DNA from: an uncultured Gemmatimonadales bacterium
Lineage (GTDB): Bacteria; Gemmatimonadota; Gemmatimonadetes; Longimicrobiales; RSA9
NCBI GenBank assembly: GCA_963741945.1
Contig: CAVUKA010000002.1
Location: 64,001-128,000, forward strand
Length of the DNA stretch: 64,000 nucleotides
Direction of reading: 5' to 3'
Part shown: positions 47,541-59,779 of the stretch, in pieces
How the letters are laid out: each line of letters starts with the position of its first letter
Numbering within the stretch: the first letter of the stretch is position 1
Position numbers and translations under genes: made by a program
The notes under the pieces: generated by a model
Told to the model about the DNA's origin: nothing
Database searches by the model: none
The model's input: the letters and a program-made list of their open reading frames with translations, nothing else

Positions 47541-47752
47541 GGGCTTCCGCCCCGCGGCGGCACCTGCCATATTTCGGACATTCCGGGGGCGAATGAGACT
47601 CCAGGCGCCCCGGGCCCATGTCCGACCACGCACGATCCCGGTGGCGGAATGTTCCTTCAGGCTCGTGCCGTCGCGCGCCCGTCTGCCACCACGTCAGGTG
47701 AGACCCTCCCCGCCCCGCGGGGTTTTTCCCCCTCAGTGATGAGGTGTTTGAA

Positions 47753-48616
47753 ATGCGCGGACGAACTCTCCGGCTCGTTCCCGTGGTACTGGCGACGCTC
47801 GCTGCGGCTGCCTGCGACACCACCACGACCCCTCTCGCTCCTGATGGCGCGGCGCTGGCGCGCGCCGGCTACGACTCGCCCGGGGCGCACAGGCAGTACG
47901 GCGTTCCGATCAGGCTGGGCGACGGCATGGCGCGTGTCTACGTGGTTCTCGACGCCAGGCAGGAGGGTGCGCCGCTCGAGATCGGCATCGCCCTGAGTGA
48001 AAAGGCACTGAACAACCTGTCCGCGTCCGGCCCCACGACATACATGCTTCCGCTCCCGACGCACGCGCCCGAGCCGTACACGTTCGCGATGCTGGACTGG
48101 AACCCGCAGGGCCACGAGCCGCCGGGCGTCTACACGGTTCCGCACTTCGACTTCCACTTCTACACGGTGCCTGAAGCGCAGGTGACCGCGATTCTCCCGT
48201 CCGCCCCCGACTTCGCCAGCGAGGCGAACAACGTCCCCACCGGCGATTTCGTCCCGCCCTATTACGTCGTGCTCGGCCCTCCGGGAAGTGAGCCGGTCGA
48301 CGTGGCGGTACCGCAGATGGGGGTCCACTGGAGCGACGTCCGCTCCCCCGAGCTGCAGGGCATGCTCGGCCACCCGGAAGATTACGAGCCGTTCACGAAA
48401 ACGTTCATCTACGGCTCCTGGGACGGGGAGTTCACGTTCCTCGAGCCGATGGTCACGCGCGGCTACCTGCTCGGCGCGTCGGACGAGATCATCGAGATCC
48501 CGACGCCGGCCGCGCGACCGCAGCCGGGCTGGTACCCGTCCGCATACCGGATCACGTATGACCCGCAGGCGAAGGAATACCGCATCGGACTCACCCATCT
48601 GACCTGGAGCAACTGA
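47753..48616 (+). CDS. DUF5602-like His-rich lipoprotein
   Basis: Lipobox AAAC; WNPQGHEP, PHFDFHFY, MGVHW and FLEPM motifs; GAGGTG RBS. Confidence 0.75.
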   Translation: MRGRTLRLVPVVLATLAAAACDTTTTPLAPDGAALARAGYDSPGAHRQYGVPIRLGDGMARVYVVLDARQEGAPLEIGIALSEKALNNLSASGPTTYMLPLPTHAPEPYTFAMLDWNPQGHEPPGVYTVPHFDFHFYTVPEAQVTAILPSAPDFASEANNVPTGDFVPPYYVVLGPPGSEPVDVAVPQMGVHWSDVRSPELQGMLGHPEDYEPFTKTFIYGSWDGEFTFLEPMVTRGYLLGASDEIIEIPTPAARPQPGWYPSAYRITYDPQAKEYRIGLTHLTWSN

Positions 48617-48678
48617 GCCGGCCGAGCCCGGCAGTCGGGCGCCGCCGGCACCCGCGCCTGCCGGGTGGCTGAACGGCC

Positions 48679-49419
48679 TCAGCCGGGCCGCTGCAGCGGG
48701 GCGGGGACGACGGCGAAATCGCGCCGGCGGGCACCGGCCGCGGCGTGCTCCCGTCGCACGAACCGCTGCAGTGCCCACCGGTCCCTGAGGGGCTCGCCGT
48801 GGCCGAAGCAGACCACGGCCGGGTCGAGGTCGGCCAGGCGACGGGCCGATGCGAGGTTCCGCTCGTAATCGTGGACGAGGAAGCGGTAGGGCCACGCCAG
48901 CCCGTGCTGCAGCGTCAGGGGATTGCGGTGGAACAGTACATCGCCCAGCACCAGGACCCGGTCCTGCTCGCGCCAGAACGCCAGGTGACCGGGCGTATGT
49001 CCGGGCGTCTCCAGGACCGTGAACCCGCCCACGACGTCGCCCTCACGGATCACCCGGGTCACGGCGTGGCCGGGCCCCGCGAGCCGCCGCGCGAGCCGCG
49101 CGATGAAGCGATCCCGATCCGGGTAGAGGAGAGACCCGTCTCCCGCCTCCACGGCCTGACGCTCGGGGCCGCCGCACGCCAGCGGGATTCCGAGCGCGTC
49201 GCAGAGGCCGTGGGCCCCGCCCTGGTGGTCGAAATGACCGTGGGTCAGGGCGAGGCCGGCAACGCGCTTGCCGCCCAGCCTCTTCAGGATCCGGCGCACG
49301 GCTCCCGGCCCGCCCGCGTCCACCAGGACATCGCCCATCAGGTAGACATTGACCAGGTCCAGCGGGAGGAGGGCCAGCCGGAGCAGGCCGGGCACCACCT
49401 CGGTGAAAGCCGCCATCAT
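48679..49419 (-). CDS. Metallo-beta-lactamase-fold hydrolase
   Basis: THGHFDHQG, PGHTPGH, GD and GHG motifs. Confidence 0.9.
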   Translation of the reverse strand: MMAAFTEVVPGLLRLALLPLDLVNVYLMGDVLVDAGGPGAVRRILKRLGGKRVAGLALTHGHFDHQGGAHGLCDALGIPLACGGPERQAVEAGDGSLLYPDRDRFIARLARRLAGPGHAVTRVIREGDVVGGFTVLETPGHTPGHLAFWREQDRVLVLGDVLFHRNPLTLQHGLAWPYRFLVHDYERNLASARRLADLDPAVVCFGHGEPLRDRWALQRFVRREHAAAGARRRDFAVVPAPLQRPG

Positions 49420-49610
49420 GCGCACCTCGGAGGATCTGCGGGATGACCGGAGTCCCGGCCCATCGCCTGCCACAATGTGGTCCCGGCGGGCCGGGGTAAC
49501 AAGGCGCCCGCAACCGCGACGCGTGGCAGCGGCTGACACCCAACCCTATGGGATCCCGTAGTGTCCAACCGTCCGAAGCCACGACTCGTGACCCCGACCT
49601 GTGAACTGCC

Positions 49611-52355
49611 GTGACGATTCGATCGCTGTACCGGACGGCCCTCGTGATGGGCGCCTGCGCGCTGCCCCTTCCCCTGCTGGCCCAGTCCGCCGCGCCGCCC
49701 GAGAGCGGGCAGACGGCGCCCTCGAGCTCGGTCCGGCCCAGGGCGATGGCCGCGGCCGCGGAGGAAGAGATCACCATCGATGGTCGGCTCGAGGAGGGCT
49801 CGTGGCAGGCGGCGCCGCCCATCACCGCATTCTGGCAGTCGCAGCCGGAAGAAGGGCAGCGGGCATCGCAGGACACCGAGGTTCGCGTGCTGTTCGGGCG
49901 CTCGGCGCTGTACATCGGCGCGCGGATGCAGCAGGCGGGCGGCGTCGTCGCCCCGCTGGCGAGGCGGGATCAGCTGCTGGACTCGGACGGCAACAACGGC
50001 TCGTTCAACTCGCTGACCACGGACAAGCTCATCGTCCAGCTCGACCCGTACCACAACCGCCTGGACGAAGTCTGGTTCGAGGTGAACCCGGCGGGCGTGA
50101 AGGGTGAGCAGCTGAACGGCGATCCTTCCTGGGACCCGATCTGGGATGCCGCCGCGCGGGTGGATGCGGATGGCTGGACGGCCGAGATGCGGATCCCGTA
50201 CAGCCAGCTCCGCTTCTCCACCGACTCGATCCAGACGTGGGGGATGCAGATCCTCCGGTACGTGGACAGCCGGAACGAACAGGACATGTGGTCGTTCCGC
50301 CGGCGCAGCGAGCCGTCCGGGCCCGCCTACTTCGGTGACCTCACCGGGATCAGCATCACGCACCGGCCGCGGCAGCTGGAAGTGCTGCCCTACCTGGTCA
50401 CGGGGAACACGTTCCGACACGCGGACCGGGCCGACCCGTACCACGACGGGAGCGACGCGCGCCTCGCCGCCGGCGGAGACATCAAGTACCTGCTCACGTC
50501 CAACCTGACGCTGGACGCCACCATCAACCCGGACTTCGGCCAGGTGGAGGTGGACCCCGCCACGCTCAACCTGAGCGCGTTCGAGACGTACTACGACGAG
50601 AAGCGCCCGTTCTTCGTCTCCGGCGCCAGCGCGTTCCGTTTCGGCGGGATGTGGTGCATGTTCTGCAGCAACGCGTCGTCGCTGAACGCCTTCTACTCAC
50701 GGCGGATCGGCCGACCGCCGCAGCTGGACGGCTACGTGGATGACAATTCGGCGTTCGCCGACACCCCGGACAACACGGGCATCCTGGGCGCCGCCAAGAT
50801 CACCGGGCGCACGGCGGGCGGGTACAGCGTGGGGCTGCTGAACGCGGTCACATCACGGGAAACGGCCACGTTCCTCCCGTCAGCCGGCGCCGCGGAGGAG
50901 TCGCAGGTGGTCGAGCCGGTGAGCAATTACTTCGTCGGCCGCGTCAAGAAGGAGTTCCGCGAAGGCGCCACCACGTTCGGCGGGATCCTCACATCGGTGG
51001 TGCGCAACACGTCCGATCCGCTCGTGAAGGATCGGCTGCGCGGCCATGCGGAGGCGGCCGGTTTCGACTGGAACCACGCGTGGCACAACCGCGAGTACAG
51101 CTGGATGGGGAACACGCTGTTCTCCAACGTGGGCGGCTCCACCGACGCCATTGCGAGGACCCAGCGCTCCAGCGCCCATTACTTCCAGCGCCCTGACCGC
51201 CACGTCGACCGCGATGGCCTGTTCGGCACCGCGTACGATCCATCGGCCACGTCGCTCCGCGGCTACGGCCTGTACACGCGCGTGGCCAAGAACGCCGGGA
51301 CCTTCCGCTGGGAGGCCATGAGCAACGTCCGGAGCCCCGGCTTCGAAACCAACGACCTGGCCTTCCTGAACGAAGCGGACTACGTCTGGCTCAACGGCAA
51401 CATCGCCGGGAACTGGACCACGCCCACCAGCTGGTATCGGAGCATTTTCACCTCGTTCGGCGGCGCCACCCGCTGGAACTACGACGGCGACCGCACCGAG
51501 GCCGCGCTCCAGACCTTCTTCGCCATGGAGCTCCCCAACTACTGGAACATCCGGATCATGGGGATCCACAACGCGGCGGCCTTCGACGACCGGCTCACCC
51601 GCGGCGGGCCAGTGGTCAAGAAGGACGGCTACGATGTGGCCAGCATCAACGTGTCCACCGACGCTCGCGCCGCCGCCGTCTTCGACCTCGGCATCCAGGG
51701 CGCCCGGGGGCTCAGCGACGGGACCCGCTTCCTCCAGGTCACTCCCGGCCTCGCCCTCAAGCCGGCCGCCAATGTCTTCATCCAGCTCTCGCCCAGCTAC
51801 CGCCATGACGAGAACGCGGCGCAGTACGTCACCAGCGTCGACGACCCCGCGGCCACGGCGTTCTACGGCGAGCGCTACGTGTTCGCCTACATCACCACCA
51901 ACACGGTGTCACTCGACACGCGCGTGAACTGGACGTTCACCCCCAACCTAACGCTCCAGCTCTTCGCCCAGCCGTTCATCGCCAGCGGCGACTATTCCTC
52001 CTTCCGGGAGTACGCTGCCCCGCGCACGCTGCAGCAGAACGTGTACGGCAGGGACGCGGGCACCATCGCCTACGACAATCAGGACAATGTCTACACCGTC
52101 GACCCCGATGGAGCCGGACCCGCCGGGACCTTCACCTTCGACAATCCCGACTTCACGGACCGCGCCCTGCGCGGCACTGCCGTGCTGCGGTGGGAATACC
52201 GCCCCGGCTCCACCCTCTTCTTCGTCTGGACCCAGCAGCGGTCGGGGAGCAGCGCGAGCGGAGCGTTCGACTTCGGCCGCGATGGCGGAGCCATCTTCCG
52301 GGATCGTCCGATGAACGTGTTCCAGATCAAGGCCACGTACTGGCTCGGGCGATAG
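49611..52355 (+). CDS. DUF5916 protein (CBM9-like N-domain plus beta-barrel)
   Basis: IDGRLEE, AEMRIPYSQLRF, TINPDFGQVEVD, EKRPFF, YSRRIG and LRWEYRPGS motifs. Confidence 0.88.
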   Translation: MTIRSLYRTALVMGACALPLPLLAQSAAPPESGQTAPSSSVRPRAMAAAAEEEITIDGRLEEGSWQAAPPITAFWQSQPEEGQRASQDTEVRVLFGRSALYIGARMQQAGGVVAPLARRDQLLDSDGNNGSFNSLTTDKLIVQLDPYHNRLDEVWFEVNPAGVKGEQLNGDPSWDPIWDAAARVDADGWTAEMRIPYSQLRFSTDSIQTWGMQILRYVDSRNEQDMWSFRRRSEPSGPAYFGDLTGISITHRPRQLEVLPYLVTGNTFRHADRADPYHDGSDARLAAGGDIKYLLTSNLTLDATINPDFGQVEVDPATLNLSAFETYYDEKRPFFVSGASAFRFGGMWCMFCSNASSLNAFYSRRIGRPPQLDGYVDDNSAFADTPDNTGILGAAKITGRTAGGYSVGLLNAVTSRETATFLPSAGAAEESQVVEPVSNYFVGRVKKEFREGATTFGGILTSVVRNTSDPLVKDRLRGHAEAAGFDWNHAWHNREYSWMGNTLFSNVGGSTDAIARTQRSSAHYFQRPDRHVDRDGLFGTAYDPSATSLRGYGLYTRVAKNAGTFRWEAMSNVRSPGFETNDLAFLNEADYVWLNGNIAGNWTTPTSWYRSIFTSFGGATRWNYDGDRTEAALQTFFAMELPNYWNIRIMGIHNAAAFDDRLTRGGPVVKKDGYDVASINVSTDARAAAVFDLGIQGARGLSDGTRFLQVTPGLALKPAANVFIQLSPSYRHDENAAQYVTSVDDPAATAFYGERYVFAYITTNTVSLDTRVNWTFTPNLTLQLFAQPFIASGDYSSFREYAAPRTLQQNVYGRDAGTIAYDNQDNVYTVDPDGAGPAGTFTFDNPDFTDRALRGTAVLRWEYRPGSTLFFVWTQQRSGSSASGAFDFGRDGGAIFRDRPMNVFQIKATYWLGR

Positions 52356-52471
52356 TCCGCGGACGGCGGCGCGGCGCGCGGTCCGGCCCGTGAAAGTGGA
52401 CGGACCGTGCGCGCCGACGCCCGATCGGGGGCGGCATCCAGGTCTCGCTGCAGCCCGACTGGGGCACTCCC

Positions 52472-52843
52472 CTACTGGAGCACGGACAGCGTGTTCGCGC
52501 GAATCTGCCACCGGACCTGTGCGCCGTCGAAGAGCGTGAACTCGCGGGAGATGCTCGCGGCGCCGCTCGGCTGGTCGGACACCAGGCGGAAGTTGCCGGA
52601 GAAGTCGGCCGCGGAGTAGGTCAGCGTCCGCTGGTCTCCGGCCTCGATGGTTCCGAGCGTCGCCACATCCTTGTCGTTCCTGCGCAGCTTGATGGTCACG
52701 CGCGCCTGGGGCTGCACGTCGTTGTAGACGATGAACGAGGCCTGCTTCTCCTCACCGCCACCGCCCGAAAGGATGCCCAGGCACCCCGTGCTGAGAACGG
52801 CCAGGGCCAGAACGGCGATGATGCTCGATATGCGTGGCTTCAC
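52472..52843 (-). CDS. Small lipoprotein of unknown function
   Basis: GGAGG RBS, GTG start, lipobox STGC. Confidence 0.7.
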   Translation of the reverse strand: MKPRISSIIAVLALAVLSTGCLGILSGGGGEEKQASFIVYNDVQPQARVTIKLRRNDKDVATLGTIEAGDQRTLTYSAADFSGNFRLVSDQPSGAASISREFTLFDGAQVRWQIRANTLSVLQ

Positions 52844-52886
52844 AATGTCCTCCGGCGAGGGGTTGAGTACAGGCCGCAAGGTTGAT

Positions 52887-52901
52887 GCGGATGTCGTGCC
52901 A
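52887..52901 (-). promoter_or_regulatory. Putative sigma54 promoter
   Basis: TGGCACGACATCCGC: perfect -24 element, GG-N10-GC spacing. Confidence 0.45.
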
Positions 52902-53184
52902 TGGCCGCGCCCGACCGGGTGGCGGCCGTGCCCGCTCCCGCGCGGAGAGAGGCGCGAACGAAAGGCTTGCGCCCGGGGCCCCCCGCTGCAGAGTTGTCGC
53001 TCCGCCGTTGCGTGGCGCTCCCAGGGAGAGATCGCGCGGCGGCCGGGCGCCGACTGCCCCCCACCCGCAGTGCGGCGTTCTTGCGGGAGTGGCGGTCGAC
53101 ACCCGCTCGGCACCCCCGCCCGGGGGTGCACGAGTTCGGCCCGCTCCGGCGCGGGCCGGTCCCTCTATCATCCGGAGGTCGCTC

Positions 53185-53820
53185 ATGCGCACGATGCCCC
53201 TACCCGCACTCACCCTCACTCTGGCGACCGCCGTTCTCGCGCCCGGGCTCTCGGCCCAGGGCGCAGCGGCGCCCAGGGCCGGCTCTCCCCCACCCTCCGA
53301 GCTCGCGGCGATCCGCGTGGCCACCGAGAAGTACAAGGACATCGACGCCGCCCTGGCGGACGGCTACGTGGACCCGCTCCACATGTGCGTCAGCGCGCCC
53401 ATGGAGGGGCAGCCGAAGCAGCTGGGCGCCATGGGCATCCACTACGTCCGCCCCGACCTGCTGGGGATCACCACGGACCAGCCGCGCGTGGACGGCACGG
53501 GGACGAATACGGATTTCGTCCACCCCGCCGTCCTGATCTACGAGCCCGAGGCGGACGGCTCCATGGTGCTGGTCGGGATCGAGAACCTGGTCTGGGCGAA
53601 GGCGTGGAAGGACGCGGGCAATCAAGGGCCGCCCACCTTCCACGGCAACGAGTACTACTACATGGAGGACAATCCGGGGACCGCGGTGGACGAGGCGCAC
53701 GGCTTCATGCCGCATTACGAGCTGCACTTCTGGCTGTACCGGGAGAACCCCGCCGGCATGTTCATGCCGTGGAACACGGCGGTGACCTGCGCCAACTTCC
53801 ACCCCGGAAAGACCGACTGA
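53185..53820 (+). CDS. Secreted His-motif protein of unknown function
   Basis: GGAGG RBS; signal peptide; MGIHY, LIYEP, HYELHFWL..NP.G.F. Confidence 0.75.
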   Translation: MRTMPLPALTLTLATAVLAPGLSAQGAAAPRAGSPPPSELAAIRVATEKYKDIDAALADGYVDPLHMCVSAPMEGQPKQLGAMGIHYVRPDLLGITTDQPRVDGTGTNTDFVHPAVLIYEPEADGSMVLVGIENLVWAKAWKDAGNQGPPTFHGNEYYYMEDNPGTAVDEAHGFMPHYELHFWLYRENPAGMFMPWNTAVTCANFHPGKTD

Positions 53821-53943
53821 ACCCGGGAGAGCGGCACACCCGTGGCGTGCGCTCCGGCGGATGACACCGTCGTCCCGGGGCACCGGGCCCGTCCGCCGCG
53901 CGGGCGGGCCCGGGCATGCGTGGAGTCGCCGCCGCGGCGGGCG

Positions 53944-54150
53944 CTATTCGAGGGCGATCTCGCCGCTGATGACGTGCTCGTCGAGCACACCATCGATGCT
54001 CAGGACGGCGCGCACCTGGAGCGTCTCCCGGCCGCCGAGGCGGCCCGACTCCACGGCCGCGCGTACGGCCCGCTCGATCTCACGCTGCGACGTTACGCCG
54101 AACGTTTTCAGGAACTTCCGGATCTCCATGTTGAAGCGTTCCTCGTTCAT
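53944..54150 (-). CDS. DUF6494-like small protein
   Basis: MNEERFNMEIRKFLKTFGVTSQREIE; AGGAG RBS. Confidence 0.8.
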   Translation of the reverse strand: MNEERFNMEIRKFLKTFGVTSQREIERAVRAAVESGRLGGRETLQVRAVLSIDGVLDEHVISGEIALE

Positions 54151-54315
54151 GGCTGGCTCCTGATTGGAAAGGGGGTACGCTGCCGTCGAAAGGAAATGGT
54201 TGTACCGGCGATGTCCGCGACGCAAACTTCCGGGGTGCACCGCGCTCTCCGGCGCCCCCACTCCTCCGACTCCCACGGACCGATGCCGCTGACAACCACC
54301 CCGCCCACCCCACCC

Positions 54316-54984
54316 ATGCGGACCACGGCCACTCGCCGGTCCTTCGCGGTGCATGCCGCCGCGGCCGCCGCGCTCTGGCTGGTCCTGGCCGGCCTCGTGC
54401 TCCCCTTCGGAGTCGCCTCCCTGGCCGGGCTCACTCACCTGGAATCGTCGGTCCCCGAGTACGTGCTGGCCACTCTCATCATGCTCGCAGGCGGAGCACT
54501 CGGCGGCGGCGGATTCGGCCACTTCATGGGCCGCCACGCCGGCGGCGACGCCCGCCGGAGCGCGCGCGCAGCCGCCCTCGGGTTCGCGCTGCCCGCCCTC
54601 ATCGCGGCCATCCTCCTGGGCACCGCCGAGCCGGTGGCGCTCCGTCTGGCCGCGGCCGGCCATTTCAAGATCCACGTCATGTTCACGTTCATGTTCGCCT
54701 CCGCCACGCTCGCCGTGGCCGGCGTTCTCGGGCTCGTGCTCGGCCGGACGCTCGGGGGCGAACGGCTTGCGCGCAGGACGGCCGTGAGGGGGGGCATTGC
54801 CGCGGCATCGGCGTTCCTGGTGGCGGACGTCGCGCAGGATCTGCTCGGCCGCCGCGTGGGCGGCCCGGGCGCCGCCGCCACGGCCACCATGCTGACGGTG
54901 GCGGGCGTCTGCCTCATCGTGGCGGCGGCAGCGGCGGGCGCGGCCATGGCGCGCGTGATCGAGACCCGCGCGGCGACGCGTTAG
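54316..54984 (+). CDS. Multi-pass membrane protein, unknown function (start 54283 or 54316)
   Basis: About six hydrophobic Ala/Gly-rich segments. Confidence 0.6.
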   Translation: MRTTATRRSFAVHAAAAAALWLVLAGLVLPFGVASLAGLTHLESSVPEYVLATLIMLAGGALGGGGFGHFMGRHAGGDARRSARAAALGFALPALIAAILLGTAEPVALRLAAAGHFKIHVMFTFMFASATLAVAGVLGLVLGRTLGGERLARRTAVRGGIAAASAFLVADVAQDLLGRRVGGPGAAATATMLTVAGVCLIVAAAAAGAAMARVIETRAATR

Positions 54985-55020
54985 GCCGCGAGCAGACGGC
55001 GCGAGGCCGCCCGCCTCCAC

Positions 55021-56544
55021 TTAGGGGATCGGCCGCTCGATCACCGCGATCCGGCCGTCGACCTGCGGGACGAGCAGCTCGCTGCCCCGGACGGCCAGCG
55101 CCACGGGCTGGACGATCCCCGGCACCGTGAACGCGCCGGTCACGCGCTTCCCGTCCAGGTCGATGAGGAGCAGCGTGGAGAACGCCGCGCTGAAGGCGTA
55201 CAACGTTCCGTCGGCGACGGTGGCGCCCGTCACCACGTAGTCGCCGAGCTCGCGCCCCGGCCCGGCCAACGCCAGTCCGGGCGCCAGCTCCGGCACGAAC
55301 TCCGAGGAGAGCACGAGGTCCCGCCGATCGAAGCGCGAGACCACCAGCTGCCGATGGCGCGGGGATGGCACGCTGACCGTGACCAGCGCGCCTGCCGCCA
55401 CATCGTAGGCGAGCGAGAGCGCGTACATCTGCCGGGCGCGCACCGTCGCGAAGCGGGAGCGGCGCAGCTCCGTTACCGCCCCGTCCGTTTCCAGGAAGTG
55501 GCGCCACTCCAGCGCCTCGTCCGCCGCGGGGTCGGGGCGGAGCAGCACATAGCTCTTGTTCCGGGAGAGCACCGCCGCCGTGTCGCCCAGGAGCGCGGCA
55601 CCGGCCAGCGGCGTGAGATCGATGCTGAAGCCGGGATCGAGGACCACGCGGTGCACCACCCGGGACATTGTCGGGTCGAGCCAGTACACGCCGAAGCGGT
55701 CCGTCACCGCGAGCACGGAGCCGCCTTCGCCCGCGACGGCGCCCGGATCCGCGGACGGCCCGGGGGCCGTGACCGGGGACGTCGCCAGCCCCGTCAGCTT
55801 CCCGTCCAGTGCCGCGCCGATCCGCTCCCAGCCCACGATGTCCAGCCGGGGGAGGCCCGTCAGCGGCCCGTGCGCCGGATCCGCATCGACCTCCAGGTGC
55901 GCCGGGTCCGGCGCCGGGATCGTCCAGGACCCGCGCCAGGAGATCGCCCCCGTCGCCTCCTCCTGCGACCAGACCCAGTGCCGCGGATTCCACGACAGCC
56001 GGATGGGATCGCCCTGGCCGAAGTACGGCGGCGGTCCGGTGGACGCGAACGCCTGCACCGCGTTGGCCCCGGTGAGGACCACGAGCAGCGCCATGGCGAA
56101 GCGGCCAACGCGCCCCGGCCTCAGCGCCGGATCGCCCTCCAGCGGGCCGCGGAAGAAGAGCAGGAGCACGCCCGCCACCACCAGCACGATCCAGTGGATC
56201 ACGCCCGCCCAGACGTAGGTGTGGGCGCCCAGGATGTTGCCCGCGAAGCCCTGGCCCACGTCGCGCGCCAGGTGCAGCGCCGAATGCCGCAGCGCCATGA
56301 ATGCGCCCCACGCCCCGAGCAGCACCAGCATCCCCAGGTAGCGCGGGCGGGGGCCGTAGCGGATCACGAACACGCCCACCAGCGCCATGAGCAGCATGGA
56401 CGTGCGCTGCGCCCAGCACAGGATGCACGGGGACTCGCCATGCACGAAGCCGAGCCAGAGGGCGCCGCCCACGGGGACCACGAGGAGCGCGATCACGAGC
56501 CACGCCAGCACCTGCCGCAGGCGGGCGTCCGTGAGCCCGGTCAC
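55021..56544 (-). CDS. DsbB/DsbI-family protein with large C-terminal periplasmic domain
   Basis: PCILCWAQR, TM segments, GAHTY, GPPPYFGQGDP motifs. Confidence 0.85.
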   Translation of the reverse strand: MTGLTDARLRQVLAWLVIALLVVPVGGALWLGFVHGESPCILCWAQRTSMLLMALVGVFVIRYGPRPRYLGMLVLLGAWGAFMALRHSALHLARDVGQGFAGNILGAHTYVWAGVIHWIVLVVAGVLLLFFRGPLEGDPALRPGRVGRFAMALLVVLTGANAVQAFASTGPPPYFGQGDPIRLSWNPRHWVWSQEEATGAISWRGSWTIPAPDPAHLEVDADPAHGPLTGLPRLDIVGWERIGAALDGKLTGLATSPVTAPGPSADPGAVAGEGGSVLAVTDRFGVYWLDPTMSRVVHRVVLDPGFSIDLTPLAGAALLGDTAAVLSRNKSYVLLRPDPAADEALEWRHFLETDGAVTELRRSRFATVRARQMYALSLAYDVAAGALVTVSVPSPRHRQLVVSRFDRRDLVLSSEFVPELAPGLALAGPGRELGDYVVTGATVADGTLYAFSAAFSTLLLIDLDGKRVTGAFTVPGIVQPVALAVRGSELLVPQVDGRIAVIERPIP

Positions 56545-56708
56545 AGGTTCACCCCGGGCACCAGCGACGTGTGCGTGCCGATCAGGAAGAGCGCGGCCAT
56601 GAGGATGAAGCTGAGCACGAGCAGCATGAACGCCAGCCGCTCACGCTCCGGCCGCCGCCAGACCAGCCATCCCGCCGCCAGGATGATCACGAAGTTTAGG
56701 AATTCCAT
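56541..56708 (-). CDS. Small 2-TM protein (Dba-like), 55 aa
   Basis: MEFLNFV...GTHTSLVPGVNL; GTGA overlap with the DsbB-family gene. Confidence 0.65.
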   Translation of the reverse strand: MEFLNFVIILAAGWLVWRRPERERLAFMLLVLSFILMAALFLIGTHTSLVPGVNL

Positions 56709-56837
56709 GGGCGGAAAGGATGGCGCGAGCGGCGGGAGCGGGCAAGCCGGCGCATCGCGCGGTCCTTGTCCGATCCGGCAATGTCGCGGCACATTGTCCC
56801 GCGTTCGTCCTTCCCACAGCCACCTCGGAGTGTTTCG

Positions 56838-59660
<2,823 letters not shown>

Positions 59661-59779
59661 GCCGCCGGACCGTGCACGGCCGCGGAGCTGCCCCGGCTCC
59701 GCGGCCCGCAACGGTTGCGGTGCGCGCCGGGTGTGCGGCAAATTGCATCCGCTTACCGTAGCCCCTGCCCGGAGATCGC

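Noticed and set aside
47620-47735. Riboswitch or attenuator before the DUF5602-like gene (CCCCGC-CCC-GCGGGG-TTTTT)
   Set aside because: Short GC stem and no recognisable aptamer
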